NCBI GenBank assembly: GCA_964370755.1
Contig: CAYJKL010000004.1
Location: 1,136-65,135, forward strand
Source of the DNA: an uncultured Muribaculaceae bacterium
GTDB lineage: Bacteria; Bacillota_I; Bacilli_A; RF39; UBA660
DNA: 64,000 nt
Direction: 5' to 3'
In this document: positions 1 through 8,864 of the stretch, piece after piece
Layout of the letters: each line of letters starts with the position of its first letter
How positions within the stretch are numbered: the first letter of the stretch is position 1
The notes under the pieces: generated by a model
Databases searched by the model: none
The model's input: the letters and a program-made list of their open reading frames with translations, nothing else
Told to the model about the DNA's origin: nothing
Program-made: the position numbers and the translations under genes

Positions 1-84
1 TACAGTGAAAAAAAAGGCAGAAAGAACGCCTACTGATATTACTACAATTACAGTCACGTTTAAGTCTCCCGTTGCCTCTTTCAT
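1..84 (-). CDS. Pilin-like protein, paralog of 118..405; only the 5' end is in the window
   Basis: ATG at 84 with GGAG upstream. My translation of the reverse strand gives MKEATGDLNVTVIVVISVGVLSAFFFTV, nearly identical at the N-terminus to the 118..405 product. Confidence 0.5.
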   Translation of the reverse strand, partial: MKEATGDLNVTVIVVISVGVLSAFFFTV

Positions 85-117
85 ATTTATTCTCCTTCGA
101 AATTTTTTTTATGTTAC

Positions 118-405
118 TTATGGCGCGTCAGTTCCACCAGTACCACCAGTACCACCAGTACCTTCTGGACACGAAACATTTGTCTCATCAGTGTCAGTTG
201 CACCATTGCCATCTGCGTCATATGTACAAACTCTATCTGCACCTGTTCCCGTACAAGTACTTGCTATAGCACCATTACAGAACGTTGTTCTATTTAAACT
301 AGTTTGGATAGCTGGCCATACAAATGCGTAAAAAAATGCACCTACTGCTGCAATAGCTACTACTGTAACTACTGTCATATTTAATTCTCCTGTAGCTTCT
401 TTCAT
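118..405 (-). CDS. Candidate Flp/Tad-type major pilin (95 aa)
   Basis: Short charged leader MKEATG, then an acidic residue and about 22 hydrophobic residues. It lies immediately downstream of tadC-like and has RBS GGAGGA. The C-terminal part has 4 Cys and a GTGGTGGTGGT tail. Confidence 0.55.
   Translation of the reverse strand: MKEATGELNMTVVTVVAIAAVGAFFYAFVWPAIQTSLNRTTFCNGAIASTCTGTGADRVCTYDADGNGATDTDETNVSCPEGTGGTGGTGGTDAP
131..162. repeat. In-frame 9-bp tandem repeat (ccaccagta, about 3.5 copies) encoding the (GTG)n tail of the pilin
   Basis: Read directly: ccaccagta at 134-142, 143-151 and 152-160, with partial copies flanking. Confidence 0.9.
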
Positions 406-438
406 ATTCTAATATTCCTCCTTCTATTTTATATATTT

Positions 439-467
439 ATTATACCTAATATTTTATCAAATATCAA
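439..467 (-). promoter_or_regulatory. Sigma-A-type promoter dedicated to the pilin gene(s)
   Basis: Minus strand TTGATA (462-467), 17-nt spacer, TATAAT (439-444), in the 85-nt gap between the tadC-like stop and the pilin start. Confidence 0.45.
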
Positions 468-490
468 TGTTTTTTTTAATATTGTGTAAA

Positions 491-1279
491 CTAACCGTTC
501 ATCATTTGTAATACTGCTAATATTAGTAATATCATCACACCAAGTCCAGTCGCCATTAACATCTTCATTGTTTTTCCTTCCATCTTCTCAAGTCTGTTTT
601 TATACCTTGTATCTCTTGATTTTTGTTGTAAGCTTGATATTGACTTTGAAAATGTAAGCAGCTGTTCTTGTTTTCTTTCTTGTCTACCGAGTGATAGACG
701 GTAAAGTAAACGCATCATTCTCATAGAATCCCTTACTGGATACTTTTTAGCAAAGTTCATATATGGGTCAATTGAATCGTTTCCTGTATTAATTTCGATA
801 ATTAATTCCCTTAATCCTGGTCTAAATATTTCTGGCGCATCGTCTATTGATTTACCAAGAGCTACCGGTATTGTATAATGTTGTATTAATATCTCAATAC
901 TTTTTAAGTAATGAGGTAGCATTTGGTCAATATGAAACATGTTTCTTTTGTAAAAAGTTTTAAGCTGAGAATATGCTTGTTTAAAAATAAAGTAACCAGC
1001 TAGTAATGATATTACTATTGAAAGTGCTGAAAAATCATTTATAAAAAATAACATTGCGACTCCAGCCGCCATTAAACCATTTCTAATTCTTTGATTAAAT
1101 AATGTTGTAGAATTTACGTTATCGCCGTATCTTGCTCTTACATAAAATTCCCAATCTTCTTCTTTTAATCTTCTGAAAATTGCTTCGTTATCACTTACAA
1201 GTTGAGCAATACTTATTTGACCAGATACTGTCATTACAGTGAATATTATGGCTGCTATAATTACTATTTCAATTTGCAT
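491..1279 (-). CDS. tadC: TadC-like pilus assembly membrane protein (T2SSF-like)
   Basis: 262 aa with N- and C-terminal TM segments flanking a cytoplasmic helical domain. It is adjacent to and coupled with the tadB-like gene and the ATPase. Confidence 0.7.
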   Translation of the reverse strand: MQIEIVIIAAIIFTVMTVSGQISIAQLVSDNEAIFRRLKEEDWEFYVRARYGDNVNSTTLFNQRIRNGLMAAGVAMLFFINDFSALSIVISLLAGYFIFKQAYSQLKTFYKRNMFHIDQMLPHYLKSIEILIQHYTIPVALGKSIDDAPEIFRPGLRELIIEINTGNDSIDPYMNFAKKYPVRDSMRMMRLLYRLSLGRQERKQEQLLTFSKSISSLQQKSRDTRYKNRLEKMEGKTMKMLMATGLGVMILLILAVLQMMNG

Positions 1280-1281
1280 AA

Positions 1282-2187
1282 TTATTCGCCTCCTACATCT
1301 TCATTGTAGTATTTTTCCCCCGTTATTAAGAAATAACCGTTAACTAATAAAACAAAATGTAATATTATCTGAACATAAAAAGTCTCTATAAGTTCTAAGT
1401 AGTTATCTACACCAAACATATATTGAAGTGCAAGTACAAGTAAGAATAATATCATACCAAATCTAATAAATCTTCCGTGAAAATTCTTTCTATCTATTTG
1501 ATCTCGATAAACTCCCTCTACAAGTGCGTCTATATCCATTGACATATTTTCTAATGCTTGACCTGAATCCCTTGCTCCTTCTTTTGTAATTTGAAGAAAT
1601 AATTGATTCATGTTTTTCACCATATAAAACGGGTATTTTTCGTTGAAGTAAATTACTGATTCGTCAATTGTACCATTTTCATATGACATATCTATCATTC
1701 TTTTTACATCTGATAATACTGGATCTTCTAATATTCCTGAATCCCTAACTCCTTCGAGTGATTTTATGAAACTTTGAGTTGTATTAAACTCCATAATAAC
1801 GTTAGTAGTATAAATTTGTATTTGCTCAAATATAAATTCACTATATATTCTTTGACTTCTTAAATAAGATAGATAAGGAATAAAAGAAACAGCTAGCACA
1901 GCATAAACTATGCACAATATTAAACTATGAAAGTAAAAATATGATATTAATCCTGCACCACTTGCAAATATTATAACTTGCGTAGAATATTGTCTTGCCG
2001 AAAATTCTTGACCTAAAGCTTTAGTTTTTTCCCTTACTTCTTTATAAGAATATGGTGCGTATTTATCATACACTGTTGATACTCTATCTACTATAAAATT
2101 ATATATATTTTCACCAGGATTTAATCTGTAAAAAATCACAAATACAGTAATTACTAAGAGTATAACTAATTCTAAACTTGTTCCCAT
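1282..2187 (-). CDS. tadB: TadB-like pilus assembly membrane protein (T2SSF-like)
   Basis: 301 aa with the same TM-cytoplasmic domain-TM layout. It starts 12 nt after the ATPase stop. Confidence 0.7.
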   Translation of the reverse strand: MGTSLELVILLVITVFVIFYRLNPGENIYNFIVDRVSTVYDKYAPYSYKEVREKTKALGQEFSARQYSTQVIIFASGAGLISYFYFHSLILCIVYAVLAVSFIPYLSYLRSQRIYSEFIFEQIQIYTTNVIMEFNTTQSFIKSLEGVRDSGILEDPVLSDVKRMIDMSYENGTIDESVIYFNEKYPFYMVKNMNQLFLQITKEGARDSGQALENMSMDIDALVEGVYRDQIDRKNFHGRFIRFGMILFLLVLALQYMFGVDNYLELIETFYVQIILHFVLLVNGYFLITGEKYYNEDVGGE

Positions 2188-2198
2188 ATTATTCCTTT

Positions 2199-3317
2199 CT
2201 AAAGAGTTTCTAACTCTTCTAATTCATTTTGAATATTTTCTTTAGGTATTTTTGTATTAGTTGTTAAATTAAAAATATTATCTTTAAGTTTGACACCTTG
2301 TGCACCTAAATAGTCATGAAGTGCTTTTGATGGATTATTAAAATGATATTCTCCTCCGACACTTTTTTTGAATAATATATTTGCACATGCTTCATTTTCT
2401 TCTGATACATAAAATTCACATACTTCGATTATTTCACGCTGGAATCTTTCGTGCTCTGCACTATAATACCCTTTAACATGTATAGCAAGTTGTACATATC
2501 TGTGTATAGATTTTAAAAACTGATCAATATCTATATTATTTTCAAGCAAACTGTAAAGTCGCATTGGTACATTTCTAGCTCTATCTGAGTGGATTGTTGA
2601 TATGATATTGTGTCCCGATGATATTGAATTTCTTACGGCGGTAACCGCTTCTGCGGTTCTTACTTCTGAAAGTAAAATCCATCTTGGATTTTGTCTCATA
2701 CATGTAACTAGTACATCTGAATATGATGCAATATTATTTGTTTTCATCGCGACTATATCTCTATGCGGAAATATTTTATCAAGATGAAGTTCTAGTGTAT
2801 CTTCTATTGTAATTATTTTTTCGGTTTCACCAGTATGTGATGTTAAGTATTTAACAAGTTCTGTTTTACCTGAACCAGTTTCCCCACTTACTATTATGTT
2901 ACAGTGTCCTTTAACACATGTAATTAAAAAGTCATGAAGTTCTTCTGTAACATATTTTTCAGAAAGTAATTTGTCTTTATTTAATCTTATCTTTGCTGGA
3001 GTTTTACGTATAACACATGCTACTCCATTAGTTGCTATTGATTCATGCACAAAGTTAAGACGAAGCTCAGAACTTTCAGCATCTAAAAAGGGATGCGCCA
3101 TATTAAATGTCGTACCCATTACGTTTGAACACTGGAATGCAAGTTTTTCTAAAAGAGCGTTATTTATATCTGAACGCTCTATTCTATAAACTCCTTTATC
3201 TAGTGTCTTTAAATGTATTTGTCCATTATTTCCATATGAAACGTCTGTTACGTTTTCATCCTCTAAAAATTCTGTTAATGGTCCAAAATCTAATTGTGAA
3301 AATATTGCATCATTCAC
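2199..3317 (-). CDS. cpaF: CpaF/TadA-family type II/IV secretion ATPase
   Basis: Walker A GETGSGKT, followed by the ITIEDTLEL and RQNPRWILLSEVR blocks typical of T2SSE/VirB11-like ATPases. Confidence 0.9.
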   Translation of the reverse strand: MNDAIFSQLDFGPLTEFLEDENVTDVSYGNNGQIHLKTLDKGVYRIERSDINNALLEKLAFQCSNVMGTTFNMAHPFLDAESSELRLNFVHESIATNGVACVIRKTPAKIRLNKDKLLSEKYVTEELHDFLITCVKGHCNIIVSGETGSGKTELVKYLTSHTGETEKIITIEDTLELHLDKIFPHRDIVAMKTNNIASYSDVLVTCMRQNPRWILLSEVRTAEAVTAVRNSISSGHNIISTIHSDRARNVPMRLYSLLENNIDIDQFLKSIHRYVQLAIHVKGYYSAEHERFQREIIEVCEFYVSEENEACANILFKKSVGGEYHFNNPSKALHDYLGAQGVKLKDNIFNLTTNTKIPKENIQNELEELETL

Positions 3318-3339
3318 AAAATCACTCCCTTTTTATTTT

Positions 3340-4131
3340 TTAATCTGATACTGTATTTGTTTTGATTTCAATGTATGTTTTTATTGTTTGACTTGTTACC
3401 GTTGTTTCACCTTCAGAATCTGTATAGTTACTGTTACGTGGAACTGGTATTATTTCCAGTCCGCTTATAAAACTTGCTTGAGTCAGTAGGTTAAATAAAT
3501 TTTTATCATCATCTGAAGGATCGTCCGGTACTGCGAATAACAGTAGTGCTGATTGTCCTGTTTCAGTATTTTCAAATACATCTTCTTGTGATGAATCCCT
3601 AACTGCTAACACTTCTATTTTTTCGATAAACTTACCAAAATTTATTTCTCCTAAGTCATCTGTATATTTGATATATAAATCTATTCTATCTCCTGGATAA
3701 ATTGAGTTACCATAAGTTGAATTATTATTTACCGGTAAAGAAAATAGTGTATAACCTTCTGGTATATCATCAAATACTGCATTAGGTAATTTACTTTTTT
3801 CAACCACCTGAGTTTGATAAAAGAACCCTGACTTAGGTATTGATGTTCCTGTTGTTATGTATTTTCCTACTAATTCATTTACATTTGTCATGATTGGAAT
3901 TGTGGATAACATTCTTTGATTTATTTCTACGTAACCAATGTTATCTTGAATTATTTCCTCTGTTGCACTAATTGCTTCAAGTGCATAAGGAACTGTTGTT
4001 GGCGCAATAGCATCATTAACCCTCATATTATAAAAGAACCATAGTACTATTACTCCAGCAATTACTCCAAGGATTGTAACTGTATTTTTATTAGATATAA
4101 ATCTTTTAAATCCGCCTAGTATATTCCCCAT
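3340..4131 (-). CDS. CpaB/RcpC-like pilus assembly protein (N-terminal TM, SAF-like domain)
   Basis: N-terminal TM segment. The pattern EGYTLFSLPV...IYPGDRIDLYI resembles the CpaB family, and the gene sits directly upstream of the ATPase. Confidence 0.6.
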   Translation of the reverse strand: MGNILGGFKRFISNKNTVTILGVIAGVIVLWFFYNMRVNDAIAPTTVPYALEAISATEEIIQDNIGYVEINQRMLSTIPIMTNVNELVGKYITTGTSIPKSGFFYQTQVVEKSKLPNAVFDDIPEGYTLFSLPVNNNSTYGNSIYPGDRIDLYIKYTDDLGEINFGKFIEKIEVLAVRDSSQEDVFENTETGQSALLLFAVPDDPSDDDKNLFNLLTQASFISGLEIIPVPRNSNYTDSEGETTVTSQTIKTYIEIKTNTVSD

Positions 4132-4149
4132 ATTATTTCATTCCTTTCA

Positions 4150-4560
4150 TTATTCTATTGCTTCTCCTTCAAGTATTGCATCTACAGTATCGACAATATC
4201 AAATGTTTCAGTATCACCTGCTACATTAAATGAACTAGATTTACTTGAGACTTTAACACTGATTTTTGGCGGAGCTTCATATATTTGATAAAATTCAATA
4301 TCATATGTTGTTCCTCCATCGCTAGATTCTGCCATTCTTCTTAAAAAAGTTTCAATAAATTTTTCTTTATTTATTCTTAATTCTCCATATTCTCTATAAT
4401 AAGCATAATCTACAGAATCTACCATTGCAGCTTCCGAAATTTCCCTTACCATTGTATTAGTAATAGTATTACTGTTAGTTAGATTTTGAACTAACAGCAT
4501 TACTACCACAACAAATACTCCTAAAATTATTAACCAATATCCCCAATAAGCATTACTCAT
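4150..4560 (-). CDS. Membrane-anchored hypothetical protein (136 aa) in the Tad operon
   Basis: One N-terminal TM helix and an acidic C-terminus. It starts 13 nt after the 1149-aa gene stop. No family recognised. Confidence 0.5.
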   Translation of the reverse strand: MSNAYWGYWLIILGVFVVVVMLLVQNLTNSNTITNTMVREISEAAMVDSVDYAYYREYGELRINKEKFIETFLRRMAESSDGGTTYDIEFYQIYEAPPKISVKVSSKSSSFNVAGDTETFDIVDTVDAILEGEAIE

Positions 4561-4572
4561 TTATAAAACCTC

Positions 4573-7500
4573 CTATTTCCATGCTGGTCCACCTATAGTA
4601 GACTCTGTTATCTGATTGGGAATTCCCGTTACAAAAAGTTCCCAATAACTACTCGGATCATCTCTATTTATTTGATTGTCATCAGCATCTTTTCCATACT
4701 GGAATTTATCTTTGTGCTCGTCGCTTGTAATCCATTCGCCTAGCGGTTCACTATAGCATAGTAGGTTTTTATAAGTAATTCCATCTACTTTTGCGTTTTG
4801 ACAGTCAAGAGAATTATTTGAGTAACCACCACCTTGATCTTCAACTGTATCAGAACTATTGTAGTTCTTTATTGTATTTACGAGCGCTGGGTCGAGTGTT
4901 ACTGTTAAAAACGGCGTTTCAGCATATATTGCATTGCCTTCAGCTAGTATTCCAGTACTATTTTCATCAATTATCAGATTTCCTGAATTATCAACTCCTG
5001 TAATACCTAGTGTTTTTTGTGCTTTAAGCGAAACAAATCCGTACTTGGTATCTGTTGTATAATTGTAATTCCAGTTATACCCAAGTGGTCTATTATTTGG
5101 ATTAAATGCATCTGGTGAGTATGTTCTATAAACTAAGTTGACTGTTACATCGAATTTACAAGTTGGACAGTAAGGATCTGGTGTATCAAAGTTTCCTTCG
5201 ATATTAATATCACATTCTGGACAATTTATTGGAGCATAACATACATATTCTCCTGTAAATGTGTCTTCTTTTTCCATTACATCATCTACTGATTGATCCG
5301 ATTTATCGTCACCTTTATCCACTAATCTTCCAGTTTCATCACATTCTTCGCTGTAATATTCTCCTAGATTATCAATATTAATTTTATATGTGTATGCACC
5401 ATTTACTGTAGGTCTCATTTCTGTAGGCAAACCGTCTACTACTATCGATTCATCTGTTGCTTCATAAACTATATTTCCATTAGGTACTAGTTGATAATAA
5501 TTTCTTTCGGTTTGATATTTTTCATTATCTGACATAGTCCATTTAATATAATTAGATGTACCTATTGTTATATATTCTTCTGGAAGAGAACATCCTGAAG
5601 TACTACAACTTAGGTATTTGACTTGTTTTGATTGAGCAGTGTAATTTGTAACTAAATTTCCACTACATGTATTATATTCATTACTTCCCAAAGCTCCATC
5701 ACAGTACCATTTTTCTACTGTTGTGGGAGTATTTGTTGTTGATACCATTTCATCTTCAACTTTACTTAAATCATAATATTCTGAATCATATGTATAAGTT
5801 AGTGTTGGATTAAGTTCATAATTAACTGTCCACGTTGAACAAGCTCTGTAATCGCTTATTAATGCGTTAAGTTGATTTTGAAGACTTGTTATTTTTATTG
5901 CTGCGGCTGATGCTGTTGTTTCATAATCGGCTGCCACACTAGTTTGTGTAGTATTTGAACTACAACCCCCTGCAGAAGCTGGATATACTTCACTACTTGA
6001 AGTTGATATTGTAGCCTCCCCATATTCACCAAATGTTATTGAATAGTGTGTATATGTTCCTGAAGAACTATACTTTGTCTTTGATGAAGGTATAGGAAAT
6101 AAACTGCATATCTCCACAGTACCTGCATCATTTTTTAATGAAGTTGCTGTATTGATATTTTTATTATATATATTCATTTGATTAATTAATTCTGTTTGAA
6201 TTGTTTTAATATCACTAACATATTGATCTATTTTAATTTCGCTTGTGTAACATGTTTTTACTCCATATACACTTGCATCTATATTAAAATACCTAGCATT
6301 ATTTACATTTTTTACTGCAGGGAATTTTAAACTATAATCTTCTTTACAGTATACTGCGCAGTAATTATTATTTACTACGGAACCGCCTGATTCAGTTTTT
6401 ATTATACCTGTTTCGCAAGTGTTTTTATATGAATTGCCACCATCATCTAATTTATCAGACCAGGTAGTATCACTTACATTGTCACCTGTTACTGTTGTGG
6501 TTGGAGTCCCTGTAATACATCCTACTATATCAAATGGGTCTTTTACATCAAAATCACCAGTAGAATTTTGATCTATCCATTCATTATCTTCATCTATATC
6601 TGATGGATTTATACAGTAGTTTGGTACTGTTATTTCATTCTTACACATATCTGGACATATTTCAACTTGAGTTGATAAACTTCCATCTATTAAATCTGTA
6701 CCTGTATCTGATCCTTCGTCTAGAAATACTGCAAATGTCTGAACTGCTCCAGTACCAGATAAATACAGAACTTCTGAAGGACTTACATTACCGTTATAAG
6801 AATAATTTATTGTAAAATGAGCGGGTGGACATTCACCATCTGGTATGTTATATACTAATTTGAAATTAATTTCTTTTATAGTATCAAGCGATATGTGTTT
6901 AAGTGCTTCTTCTGCTGCCGCAGTGCTAGTGTATGTTACTTTTGATTCGTCTTTTTTTACAATATCTATATTCATTGTTACTATATTATGTACTTGTGTT
7001 GTGATATAAAGTTTTTGTATATAATTATCACTTTCAAAGTTTGTTGGATTTAAACTTGCTTGAACAACAGATTGTTTTAGTGTTTCATCCACTACATTTG
7101 GTCCTAGTTCATTAACAAATGATGGTGCAGCCGTTACTGAACTACCGTCTTTTTCTTGTTCAATTAAACGAGCTTCTTCTAAAGCAGCATTGATGCCTTT
7201 ACTTATTAATAATTGAATAATAAATGTAAAATAGTTATTTTGATATAAATCATATTTATATCCACCACTTTCCCAAATAGGTGACCCAGATTCATTTAAT
7301 AAAGCACTATGAAAGGTTTTACCAGGGTTATACCAACTTCTTGTTGAGTTAAAATCTTCTTTCATAATATTTACTAAATTTGATAAATCATCAATTGGTT
7401 TATCTGTCATGAATTGTGTTAAATATTTAACATCTTCTTTTTGTTCTGCTGTTGTACTAGGATCATTTGCTATAAACGCCAAATATCCTAGTGCGAAGTC

Positions 7501-8022
7501 TACGTGGGCAGAAGCTGTTGTGCTCCATGTTGAATAACTAGAATCATTAAATATACCAATATAATAGGCTCTTATAGCAACTGATGTAACAAGATATAAT
7601 TCATCATCAGTTAAGGAATAGTTTTTGCCATAAAATTCGAAGTTTTGACTTTCCCCTTGCTTGCTGCCTCCTAAACCGTATTTTAAGATTTCCGCTACTC
7701 CAGCATCCCTAATTCTAGTTTCTTCAAAAGTAACTCCAAAATCATGCTGTTTTAAGTTGTAACCTGACGCGGCTGCTCCAGGATCCAAACAATATGCTGG
7801 TTGATCCAACCATGTACCTATGCTTATTTGATATCTATTTGTTCCATATCCTGACCCAATAGACGTTGCGCTACCGGTGTCTCCAATATTTATTAGTTGA
7901 GTTGTCTTATTACCATAACTTTTCCAAACAGGAGTTTCGTTTATTTCAATGGCATTAACATCATGACTTATAAGTAAAATTGTTAACAATAAAAATAAAT
8001 TATATATTTTAATTTTTTTCAT
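4573..8022 (-). CDS. Large secreted Cys-rich protein (1149 aa), function unknown; candidate pilus-associated adhesin
   Basis: Signal peptide ending HDVNA/IE. Many Cys, including CPECD...CPTCK. No LPXTG motif and no C-terminal TM. The start overlaps the upstream gene by 14 nt. Confidence 0.75.
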   Translation of the reverse strand: MKKIKIYNLFLLLTILLISHDVNAIEINETPVWKSYGNKTTQLINIGDTGSATSIGSGYGTNRYQISIGTWLDQPAYCLDPGAAASGYNLKQHDFGVTFEETRIRDAGVAEILKYGLGGSKQGESQNFEFYGKNYSLTDDELYLVTSVAIRAYYIGIFNDSSYSTWSTTASAHVDFALGYLAFIANDPSTTAEQKEDVKYLTQFMTDKPIDDLSNLVNIMKEDFNSTRSWYNPGKTFHSALLNESGSPIWESGGYKYDLYQNNYFTFIIQLLISKGINAALEEARLIEQEKDGSSVTAAPSFVNELGPNVVDETLKQSVVQASLNPTNFESDNYIQKLYITTQVHNIVTMNIDIVKKDESKVTYTSTAAAEEALKHISLDTIKEINFKLVYNIPDGECPPAHFTINYSYNGNVSPSEVLYLSGTGAVQTFAVFLDEGSDTGTDLIDGSLSTQVEICPDMCKNEITVPNYCINPSDIDEDNEWIDQNSTGDFDVKDPFDIVGCITGTPTTTVTGDNVSDTTWSDKLDDGGNSYKNTCETGIIKTESGGSVVNNNYCAVYCKEDYSLKFPAVKNVNNARYFNIDASVYGVKTCYTSEIKIDQYVSDIKTIQTELINQMNIYNKNINTATSLKNDAGTVEICSLFPIPSSKTKYSSSGTYTHYSITFGEYGEATISTSSSEVYPASAGGCSSNTTQTSVAADYETTASAAAIKITSLQNQLNALISDYRACSTWTVNYELNPTLTYTYDSEYYDLSKVEDEMVSTTNTPTTVEKWYCDGALGSNEYNTCSGNLVTNYTAQSKQVKYLSCSTSGCSLPEEYITIGTSNYIKWTMSDNEKYQTERNYYQLVPNGNIVYEATDESIVVDGLPTEMRPTVNGAYTYKINIDNLGEYYSEECDETGRLVDKGDDKSDQSVDDVMEKEDTFTGEYVCYAPINCPECDINIEGNFDTPDPYCPTCKFDVTVNLVYRTYSPDAFNPNNRPLGYNWNYNYTTDTKYGFVSLKAQKTLGITGVDNSGNLIIDENSTGILAEGNAIYAETPFLTVTLDPALVNTIKNYNSSDTVEDQGGGYSNNSLDCQNAKVDGITYKNLLCYSEPLGEWITSDEHKDKFQYGKDADDNQINRDDPSSYWELFVTGIPNQITESTIGGPAWK

Positions 8023-8743
8023 TTGATTTCTCTCCTATTTTTTTTCTGAATATAATTAAAGAACCTAATAATAATACTACAACAATTATTATTACAATTA
8101 GTAATACGTTATTACTATCATGACTTTCTTCGGTTTCTTCAGCGTCATCTTCTGTCTCAAATTTTTCTTCTTTTAGATCATCTAATTTTTGATAAAAAGA
8201 ATCAGCGGATAAGTTTTCGTTAGTAGTAAATTCTTGACATATTGGTTCATCTTTAAAATCCAAACATTCATCTCTACCACTATACATGTTATATTTTGGC
8301 GTTGTTAAATAAAAAATTTTATTATTCTCGTTAGGGCAGCCTGTTATATCTGAAGTTTTAACTGTAAAAGTATATGTTATTACTTCATTATCATTGTAAC
8401 CTTCCATTGCATATGTTCCTTCAACAAAATCTGTATATAATATAGTTTTTACCTCTGTATTATAATCATTAGTTACTTCTATAGTAAAATTATCTGTCAT
8501 ATTTAATACATTAATACTAATATATGGAACAAATAATTTATAGTCTTCAGCTTCCTCTTCTGTTAAATCTTCTGGTGGTTCGTACATACTAGGATCCAAT
8601 TCTAATTGTAGTATTTCATAATCCACCTTTATTAAATTTGCCTCTGTTTTTAACTCCGATTGCTCCTCTACTGAGCATGCAGAATTTGCATTTACTATTA
8701 GTGGCATTGTTAATAGTAAAAAAGTATATAGTATTTTTTTCAT
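8009..8743 (-). CDS. Secreted acidic protein with a C-terminal TM anchor (244 aa); first gene of the Tad-like operon
   Basis: Signal peptide (LIVNA/NS), an acidic ectodomain, a C-terminal hydrophobic helix and a basic tail (FRKKIGEK). Confidence 0.65.
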   Translation of the reverse strand: MKKILYTFLLLTMPLIVNANSACSVEEQSELKTEANLIKVDYEILQLELDPSMYEPPEDLTEEEAEDYKLFVPYISINVLNMTDNFTIEVTNDYNTEVKTILYTDFVEGTYAMEGYNDNEVITYTFTVKTSDITGCPNENNKIFYLTTPKYNMYSGRDECLDFKDEPICQEFTTNENLSADSFYQKLDDLKEEKFETEDDAEETEESHDSNNVLLIVIIIVVVLLLGSLIIFRKKIGEKSNEKN

Positions 8744-8864
8744 TTAGTTATATCCTACCTTTCTAAATAATTTTAACATAATATATTATTAATTTCAACA
8801 CTCTAATTGTATATTTAGGAAATTTATGGTATTATATTTTTATACTACGAGAGGAAGTTTTCTT

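Noticed and set aside
5-331. Plus-strand 108-aa ORF with a PVPPVPPVP repeat (also 72..269)
   Set aside because: It is antisense to the pilin gene and has no RBS. Its Pro-Val repeat is just the reverse reading of the 9-bp GTG-encoding repeat. The minus-strand pilin has an RBS, a promoter and a paralog.
7740-7800. Calling the N-terminal region of the 1149-aa protein a bona fide thioester (TQXA) adhesin domain because of QPAYCLDPG
   Set aside because: The partner motif reads TSVAIR rather than TQxA[IV]W, so the Gln needed for a Cys-Gln thioester is missing. I kept it only as a hypothesis to test structurally.
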